Below, one piece after another: positions 54,138 through 64,000 of a stretch of DNA of 64,000 nucleotides. This DNA comes from Eledone cirrhosa. Taxonomy: Eukaryota. A model generated the notes under the pieces. It ran no database searches. It worked only from the letters and a program-made list of their open reading frames with translations, and was not told the origin of the DNA. The stretch covers positions 284,704,001 to 284,768,000 of the forward strand of contig OZ024743.1 in the NCBI GenBank assembly GCA_964016885.1, given 5' to 3'. Positions within the stretch are counted from its first letter, which is position 1. Every line of letters begins with the position of its first letter. The position numbers were made by a program, and so were the translations under genes.

Positions 54138-57100
54138 ATCATCATCATCATCATCAGGTTTAGCGTCCGTGTTCCACGCTTGCATGGGTTTGGACGGGGG
54201 TTTTCCCACTTGAAGCAAGAGTGGTTGTCTTGCTCGCATAGGACTGTCTGGCGGGTTTTCTACAGTTGGATGCCCTTCCTAACACCAACCACATTTACAG
54301 TGTGGGGCTGGGAGGTTTTTACTGTGTTGCCTACACGGCCACATTACAGCGTGGACTGTCTGGCGGGTTTTCTACAGCTGGATGCCCTTCCTAACACCAA
54401 CCACATTTACAGTGTGGGGCTGGGAGGTTTTTACCGTGTTGCCTACACGGCCACATTTACAGCGTGGACTGTGTGTTTTTTTGTCGTGACACCTACACAA
54501 TCTCATTTGTTTCGGCCTGGATGTTGTGGGACCAACATAACTGTACATTGAAAGGGGCGGTGTGGATGGGGTGGAGGTGGTGGGACGGGGGCGTGTTTTG
54601 ATAGAGATGCCTACTGACTGTAGTAGGTTTTTACTTTGTATTTAGGTAAGGCGGGTCTTCTCTATTACTGAGTACCGCCAAAGGTCTCGGTCCAGTGACA
54701 TTGTCTTGGAGAGGTGTAAGCGTGTGAGGTCGGAATTTATCAGCTCGTCCCATGTTTTTCTGGGTCTGCCTACTCCGTGGCTACCGTCTATCTTTATTGC
54801 CCTGCACTTTGTTATACAGCTATCGACTTTCATGCGCATCACGTGTCCATACCAACGTAGCCTTCTCTCGAGTAAACAACATCTGATCCCTCTTATCTCT
54901 AATTTTTTCCTTAGTTCGTTTATGCTTTGCCGTTCACGTATATTACTATTGCACATCCAGCGGAGCATGCAAGCTTCGTTCCTCTCTAGTCTGCGTATAT
55001 CCTCTGCACACAATGCCCAGGTCTCACTGCCATGCAGCATTGCTGTTCGTATGCAGGCATCGTATAACCTGCCTTTCATTTTTAGGGAGAACCCTCTAGC
55101 GGCTAATAGTGGTATAAGCTCTCTGAACTTTTTCCATCCAGTTCTGACTCTAGCTACTGTACTTTCAGAGCACCCTCCCCCACTGCTGATTTTGTCACCC
55201 AGGTAACGGAAGCTGTCCACTATTTCTATAGAACCCTCTGCGCAGTTGAAGGAGCTAGTATTTTGTGGCAACTTGCTGCTACTTATTGCACCAGAGCACC
55301 GGCCACATGTAAAATCTATGTTCTTAGTTAGCTTACCTGTGATCCCACTACATCTTTTATGCACCCATACTTTGCATTTGGGACATAAAATGGAGTTTCT
55401 ACCTACGCCTTTCCTACACACTGAGCATGGCCATTTCCCAGATGGGACTGCCGCCATATTTTCTTTCCTACAAACTAGAACTTTTGTCTTAGCCAGGTTA
55501 ATTTTAAGGCCTTTTGATTCTAGGCCGTGCTTCCATGTTTGGAATTTCTTCTCTAGTTCGGTCATTGATTCAGCTATGAGCGTTAGATCATCTGCGTATA
55601 GGAGTTCCCATGGGCAGCCGGTCTTGAACTCCTCTGTTATAGCCTGAAGGGCAATAATAAATAGTAGGGGGCTAAGAACAGAGCCCTGATGGGCACCAAC
55701 TTTTACGCTAAACTCTTCACTATATTCGTTGTTAATTCTAACCTTACTGACTGTTTCTTTATACATGGCTTGTATAGCTCTCACAAGCCATTCGTCAACA
55801 CCTAGTTTTCTAAGAGACCACCAGATAATGGAACGGGGGACTCTGTCGAAGGCTTTCTCCAAGTCGACGAAAGCTAAGTATAGGGGTTTACTTTTAGCTA
55901 GGTACTTCTCCTGTAGTTGTCGTACTATGAAAAGAGCGTCTGTGGTACTTTTGCCTGACACAAATCCGAACTGCATTTCATCTAGATCAATTCTCTCTCT
56001 GATTAGTTGCGCTATTACTTTTTCCGTGACCTTCATGACCTGGTCGATTAATTTAATGCCTCTATAGTTACTCCTATCTAGGGCATCTCCTTTTCCCTTA
56101 TATCAGTTAACGATGATGCTGCTACGCCAGTCCTTCGGAACAACCCCATTCTGTACGACTTGGTTAACTATCCGGGTGACCATGGTGTGTCCCACCGAAC
56201 CAGATGCCTTCACCATCTCAGCAACTATTTCCGAAGGACCAGCCGCCTTACCCGTCTTCATATCTTTGATTGCCTTGCTTATTGTACTACCCTGGACTAA
56301 CACTGCTGGTCCCTCTATTGGGTCGATGTGGGGTAGACTGTCTTTCTCCCATTTGTTCTCCTCATTTAGAAGCCTTTCGTAGTGACACTTCCAAGCTACC
56401 TTCTTATCAGCGTCGGTGATGGCAAGTATGCCATCATCGTTAAGCACACACTTCTCCCCGACAATTTCACGGTTTTCCTTGACACATTGCCTGGCAATCC
56501 TGAACACCTCACGTTTTTGGTCCTCACGTTGTAGAACATGCTTGAACTTTCTTTCCTCTGCTTCCCTTCTTGCGAAGTACACTTGTCTCCTAGCTTCCCT
56601 CCTGGCTACCTGATAGTCTTCTCTACTTCCCCCATCCCGCCATGCTTTCCAAGCCTGCTTTTTGGCCTTAATTGACTCCTCCACCTTACTGTTCCACCAC
56701 CATGTTACTCTCCTCCTACCTACAGGCCTGCTCCAGCCACAGACTTCGTCTGCCGCCGTCAGCAGGTTTGCTCTCAGGAATTCCCACTGTTCCTCTATAT
56801 TATACGACTCTAATTGCTCTTCCTTACTGTCGAAAGCATCAAGTAATATGCTTTGAAATTTATTTCTGGCTATGGGGTCCTTTAGCTTCCATATTTTTCT
56901 CCTGAGGATAGTCCTCTTCCGCTGTCTAGTACGTCTCGTCCTGACTATGAGGTCGCTAATTATCAGTCTATGTTGGGAGGTGAATTCTTCATGGGGGAGG
57001 GATTTAGTGTTAACAACAGACACTCTGTCACGTCTTCTGGTAAGGATATAATCTACCTGGCTTGTGTGTTCCCCCGATCTATAGGTGATCAAGTGATTGT

Positions 57101-58270
57101 CTCGTTTTTTGAAGTTAGTGTTACAGATAGTTAAGTTATTTGCGTCGCAGAATTCCAGGATTCTGGAGCCTTCCTCATTTCTAGTACCGAACCCATAGCC
57201 TCCATGGATTCCGTCATAGCCGTCACAATGCTGTCCAACGTGACCATTTAGGTCGCCTGCAATAACTATATAGTCACTGTCGGTTATTTGGGAGGTAGCA
57301 AGCATCAGTGTCTCGTAGAATCTGTCTTTTATAGCACCGGGCAGTCCGGATTGTGGTGCGTACGCAGATATTACTGTCACCGTAGTTTTATTGAGGACAA
57401 GTCTTATTTTAATTATTCTGTCGTTCACTCTATTTACGTCTATTATCTTATCTGCCCACTTTTCTGCTCCATGATTCCTACCCCACCCAACCCATTGTCA
57501 TTTCCCACCCAGAAAAGCTTATAGCATCGTTCTTTACCCACGATGAATCTAGCCGACCCTCCCCTCCACCTGGTCTCTTGAATACAACAAACATCGACCT
57601 CCTTACGTTCAAGCATTTCTACAACCTCGTTAGAGCAACCCTTTAAGGTGCCTACATTCATGGTACCAACTCTGAAGTTTTGGATTGCGTTTGGAGGGTG
57701 GGAGCGGTGGGGCGCGGGGGAGGATGGGGTTACGTTAGCCATCCTGGGCCGAAACAAGGCGGAGTGCTTGCATTCTCGTCCACGAGGTGAATTTGTCTTT
57801 ATCTTTGGCATTGTCGCTGAGCGTCCACATTTTTCTCTCTTCAACTCTCCAGAATTCCGTAGTCCATCCATCATATCGAAAAGCAACCAGTTAGGCGATA
57901 GTATGGGCCTCTGACTTATGATTGGTCCACGTAATAATGGTGGTGCGTGGGGGCGGGTGGGAGGGATTATGTGTTGTTAGCGAGAATGTAAGGTTTAAGA
58001 TAAGATCGCCGTATTTTGGGCATAATTTAACAATAAACGAAAATACAAGATTTGTTTTGTTTAAGAAAATACGATAGAGAAAATGCGGTGATAGGGAAAA
58101 TATGATTTTTAGAGAAAAAATATGATATAGAATGGTGAAAATATGATATAGTGTGAAATTAGGACATAGAACAGTCATTGAATGAATGGATTCGAATGGA
58201 GAGAAGAATCGAGAAAAATATTTGGACGTTACTTTATACCGCAAGAAGAGCCATCCCAGAAATAGCGAGT
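54138..58270 (-). mobile_element. Near full-length RTE-clade LINE (family 1); 5' boundary approximate
   Basis: APE endonuclease and RT ORF, 3' UTR, (GAT)n tail at about 54138. The CpG-richer segment 57890-58270 is taken as the likely 5' UTR. The 3' UTR has a tandem duplication of about 112 bp starting at 54241. Confidence 0.9.
54642..57886 (-). pseudogene. RTE ORF (APE endonuclease - RT with PHD-like finger), broken by one frameshift (about 57460) and one TGA (56103-56105)
   Basis: Motifs GTMNVGTL, CCIQETRW, SAYAPQ, GDLNGHVG, QVDYIL, QFGF, DLEKAFDRV, QGSVLSP, YADD, RLRWYGHV, GRPRKTW across ORFs 57443..57886, 56103..57428 and 54642..56036. Confidence 0.92.
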
Positions 58271-58429
58271 TGGCGATTACATGGGTGTGTATGATTGTGT
58301 ATAGAAGATTATATTAATAAGAGGAATTCCAACTTTGTCTGATTTACTCGTTTTATTTACGATCCTTTAAAATTTATAATGGTATTATAATGAAATAGTA
58401 TGATAGAATAATAAATGTTAAGTGTTAAT

Positions 58430-58468
58430 TGAACAAGTACTTTCATGCTTTCGCAATCTTCAGGTTCA
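58430..58468 (-). ncRNA. Minimal type I hammerhead ribozyme with canonical CUGANGA/GAAA core
   Basis: TGAAC-CTGAAGA-T TGC gaaa GCA T-GAAA-GTAC-TT-GTTCA; palindromic stem III AGTACT. Confidence 0.72.
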
Positions 58469-58509
58469 TAATGTGTGGTGACAGTCAAGTTTGCAATTTT
58501 CAACTGTCA

Positions 58510-58550
58510 TATATACATATATATACATATATATATACATATATATATAC

Positions 58551-58581
<31 letters not shown>

Positions 58582-58582
58582 G

Positions 58583-58613
<31 letters not shown>

Positions 58614-58622
58614 CATATATAG

Positions 58623-58713
<91 letters not shown>

Positions 58714-58828
58714 CATATATATATACATATATATATACATATATATATACATATATATATACATATATATATATATATACATATATATATACATATATAT
58801 ATACATATATATATACATATATATATAC

Positions 58829-58859
<31 letters not shown>

Positions 58860-58860
58860 C

Positions 58861-58944
<84 letters not shown>

Positions 58945-59043
58945 TCATATATACATATATATATATATATACATATATATATATTCATATATATATATTC
59001 ATATATATATACATATATATACATATATATATATATATACATA
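58510..59043. repeat. (TA)n with periodic CA interruptions
   Basis: Direct observation. Confidence 0.97.
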
Positions 59044-60050
59044 CTCCAAGCAATATCTTTCTTTCAATTCATGCCACCCTAGACACGTTAAAATTAATAT
59101 TCCTACAACTTAGCCAAGAGAATCTGTACTATAGTCTCCAATAAAAACACCTGCTGCTTACGGCTACAAGAACTAAAGGACACACTCATAGGCAGGGACT
59201 ACCCTGCATCACTAATTGACAATGGAATCCAATGTGCCCTAAAACTCAGTACCCAGGACTTTAGACACCCTAAAGTAAATCAACCAAAACTAAAAGCTCT
59301 TCCATACATCTCCACACACAACCCCCTCAACAATGAGGCCTTTGACACCATCCTCCAGAACATCCCTGTGTTGAAAAAGGACCATAGAATAAACCAAATC
59401 CTACGAACACACGGTATCATAAAGAGCAAAAGACAATCTAAGTCAATGAAAAACATCCTAACACATGCCAAAGTACTGCCAACCACAACAACGAAACCCA
59501 CAGTAAAAAAATGCGATAGACCCAACTGTGGCATATGCATCAACCTAATAGAGGGTTCGGAATTCTATTTCAAAGAAGGACAACGTTTTATAATAAAACA
59601 CAATTTCACATGCGCATCAGAAAATCTAATATATGTATTAACTTGCTCAGGTTGTCGAGAACAATACATAGGCCAGACCAAAAACAGCCTCTGCCAACGC
59701 ATGACTGTCCATGGATCCCAAATTAAAATACGGGAATACAGGAAAATACCACTGAGTGAACACATTGATACCTGGGCTGCCCAAAATCATCCCAACTTCA
59801 GAATCTTTCCCCTCTACAAATTTAAAGATAATGCCACCCACACCCAGCGCATCAGCAAGGAATCTTACTTTATTAACAAATACGGACCCCGTCTAAACAC
59901 TTCTCCCTAAGACGAACACACAACATACACACGTCAACATACATACCTACATCAGCATACATCTCTATCCACATATAAACACTTGTGACAATTATTGACA
60001 CAGTGCTGGGCCCATGGTACCATGTGACGACAAGTGTAGAGAGATCTCCA
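59042..60050 (+). mobile_element. 5'-truncated Penelope-like element (Neptune-like), thumb plus Cys linker plus GIY-YIG
   Basis: [57 protein letters not shown]. 3' boundary approximate. Confidence 0.85.
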
Positions 60051-60248
60051 GATATAAAGCAATGCCTGTGCTGTGAAACTTTTATAGTGAGCAAAGGCAC
60101 TGTACAAAGCCAGTCCCACTCTCTTAACCAAGATGATATTTACCAAAAAGAAGAACAAGTCAACATCATTGGATACCATCAGGGTTGCAGGTGTTATATC
60201 AGAGTTTTCCTTCTCCTAGAATTCTGCCTTGACAAAGGCTAAGGGGTC

Positions 60249-60501
<253 letters not shown>

Positions 60502-61834
60502 CATCATCATCATCTTCGTTTAACGTCCATATTCCACGCTCGCATGGGTTTGGACGGGAGTTTTCCCACTTGAGGCAAGAGTGGTTGTCTTGCTCGCATA
60601 GGACTGTCTGGCGGGTTTTCTACGGCTGGATGCCCTTCCTAACACCAACCACATTTACAGCGTGGAACTGGGAGGTTTTTACCGTGTAACCTACACGGCC
60701 ACATTACAGCGTGGACTGTGTGTTTTTTTTGTCGTGACACCTACACGACCTCATTTGTTTCGGGCTGGATGTTGTGGTACCAACATAACTTTACATTGAA
60801 AGGGGTGATGTGGATGGGGTGGGGGTAGTGGGACGGGGGTGTATTTTGTTAGAGGTGCCTACTGACTGTAGTAGGTTTCACTTTGCACTTAGGTAAGGCG
60901 GGTCTTCTCTATTACTGTGTAGCGCCAAAGATCTCGGTCCAGTGACATTGTCTTGGAGAGGTGTAAGTGTGTGAGGTCGGAATTTATCAAGTCATCCCAG
61001 GTTTTGCTGGGTCTGCCTACTCCGTGGCTACCATCTATTTTTATTACCCTGCACTTTTTTATACAGCTGTCATCTTTCATGCGCATCACGTGACCATACC
61101 AACGTAGTCTTCTCTCGAGTTAACAACATCTGATCCCTCTTATTTCTAATTTCTCCCTTAGTTCGTTTATGCTTTGCTGTTCACGTATATTACTATTACA
61201 CATCCAGCGGAGCATGCAAGCTTCGTTTCTCTCCAGTCTGCGTATATCCTCTGCACACAATGCCCAGGTCTCACTGCCATGTAACATTGCTGTTCGTATG
61301 CAGGCATCATACAACCTGCCTTTCATTTTTAGGGAGAACCCTTTAGCGGCCAATAAGCTCTCTGAACTTTTTCCATCCAGTTCTGACTCTAGCTACTGTA
61401 CTTTCAGAGCACCCTCCCCCACTGCTGATTTTATCGCCCAGGTAACGGAAGCTGTCCACTATTTCTATAGAACCATCTGTGCAATGGAATGAGTTAGTAT
61501 TCAGTGGGCACTTGCTGCTACTTATTGCACCAGAGCACCGGCCACATGTAAAATCTATATTCTTAGTTAGCTTACCTGTGATCCCACTACATCTTTTATG
61601 CACCCATACTTTGCATTTGGGACTTAAAATGGAGTTTCTGCCTACTCCTTTCCTACACACTGAGCACGGCCATTTCCCAGATGGGACCGGTGCCCTATTT
61701 TCCTTCCTACAAACTAGAACTTTAGTCTTAGACAAGTTAACTTTAAGGCCTTTTGATTCTAGGCCATGCTTCCATGTTTGAAATTTCTTCTCTAGTTCAG
61801 CCATTGATTCAGCTATGAGCGTTAGATCATCTGC
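60502..61834 (-). mobile_element. 5'-truncated RTE LINE (family 1), frameshifted
   Basis: Starts at [10 protein letters not shown]; ORF pieces 61343..61903, 61120..61353 and 60889..61089; family 3' UTR and (GAT)n tail. Confidence 0.9.
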
Positions 61835-61885
61835 ATCATCATCATCAACGTTTAACGTCCGTGTTCCACGCTTGCATGGGTTTGG

Positions 61886-62382
<497 letters not shown>

Positions 62383-62516
62383 TTCATGTTTATTTATATG
62401 TTTATTTATATGTTAATCAATTTCTAGTTATTATAAAATGCTCGGACCTACTCGTTACAATCTTAGATGTGTATACGATGGATATTAATACTTACAATAG
62501 CTTCATACGGAAATAA

Positions 62517-64000
62517 TTACATAGGAAATACAAAAAAACTAATGAGGCGGCACTGATTAACATCAACAACGAGGCACACAATATAGTCAAACACCTAGGA
62601 ATAGACGACAGAACGGAGCCACTTCGGCCATGTACCCCCACATTTAATCTCAAGGACCACAAGGTAAATTTTTATTATAACCCCACAATTAGACTTATAT
62701 GCCCGTCCAAATCGGACATCGGGAAAATTAGTAAACATATATTAGACAGAGTGATAGCACAAATGAAGAATAAACTAGTGATTAAACTATGGGGTAACGC
62801 TACCGAAACAATTAAGTGGTTTAACAATATAGCTAACAAAAAAGTGCCTAAGTTTATACAATTCGACATTAACGACTATTACTCCTCTATATCCCCCAAC
62901 ACCTTGAATAAAGCCTTAGCATTCACCAAAGCCAATTCTGACCTAACAAACGACGAGATAAAATTTATATTAGCTTCTAGGAAAACAATAATTAAATTTG
63001 AAAACGCCTATTGGGAACTTGAGGATAGATTAAATAACTTTGACATCACGATGGGGGCTAACGACTCAGCTCAAGTCACAGATTTAGTAGGTATTTATAT
63101 AGCCCATAGTTTACAGAGTGAGTTTAGCGATCTTCACGGTGGAATCTACAGAGACGACACCCTTCTCCTAGTTAAGAAGCTAAATAACCAGAGCATAGAA
63201 AGACTCCCTAAGAATATTAGAAAGACTCTCGGAAAACTAGGCCTTAGCATAACGTATGAGTATAGCACTAAAATAATTAACTTTCTAGACGCAACGCTTA
63301 ACCTAAATACGGGACTTATAAGACCTTTTCACAAGATTAATGAAAACTTAGCATACATCAACTGTAACTCAAACCACCCACTATCCATAATTAAATCCAT
63401 TCCACGCAGCATATCCCTTAGGATCTCCCGCCTCTCGTCTAACCAACAAATCTCCGAGGAACATGCAAAATACTACAATACCGCACTAGACAAGGCAGGC
63501 TACTTAGATAGAGTAGAATATATAGATGATAGCCTCCGCAAAGCGAACACGCATAACACAAACTCCAGAAACACACGCACACACGCATTTACGGATAGAA
63601 CTACAAATTATACTGTAAATAGAAATACAACATCGAAATCAAACAAGTCACGCAGTAGAAAATATATTTGGTATAACCACATATTTAACACCTCTATTAG
63701 TACTAACCTACCCTCTACCTTCTTTAGAATAATAAATAAGCACTTTCCAAATTCATATAGATACAGCAAAATTCTTAACACTAAATCTATTAGACTATCT
63801 TACTCCACAGCACCAAACATAGAGGTACACATTAAGATACTTAACGCTAAAAAGATACATAACACCAGAACACAAATTTATAACAATAACAATACAATCA
63901 CCATTGAACACAACAGAATATCTAATACACAACCACCCACTAATAGGCAAACAAAACGTAACACACTTGTACAGGCATCGCAGCCCACCAATAATGCCAA
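62517..64000 (+). CDS. Penelope-like (Nematis-like) RT ORF, open to the window edge; absent from the ORF track
   Basis: Hand translation after the TAA at 62514-62516 gives no stop to 64000: LKDHK, RLICPSKSDIGKISK, FDINDYYSSI, MGANDSAQ, YRDD, NFLDA, SNHP, IRLSYS. Element starts at about 62385 next to (TA)n. Confidence 0.88.

Noticed and set aside
60050-60248. Segment after the Neptune-like PLE
   Set aside because: Looks repeat-derived, but I could not assign it or find a hammerhead.

Overview
AT-rich, repeat-dense animal genomic DNA, not prokaryotic. The SINE/LINE types, (GAT)n tails and abundant (TA)n/(CA)n tracts suggest a cephalopod such as octopus (inference). The only host coding sequence I recognise is a 41-nt exon of DCP1 (33959-33999, +, ERTSIEGTLFVYR-R), so the window is probably two very long DCP1 introns. 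These contain RTE-clade LINEs (one near full-length, with a PHD-type finger inside the RT), at least four Penelope-like elements (PLEs), a CRE-clade relic, Tc1/mariner, Tc2-like and piggyBac-type DNA elements, and two SINE families. Almost all short ORFs in the track are microsatellite or antisense artefacts. The most striking unannotated signal is a set of short fold-back elements embedded in (TA)n that carry type I hammerhead ribozyme folds with variant cores (U3-A8, A4, C4, canonical). Two diverged members invert at the same point and share a 3' tail motif. All folds and alignments were done by eye; many repeat boundaries are approximate.
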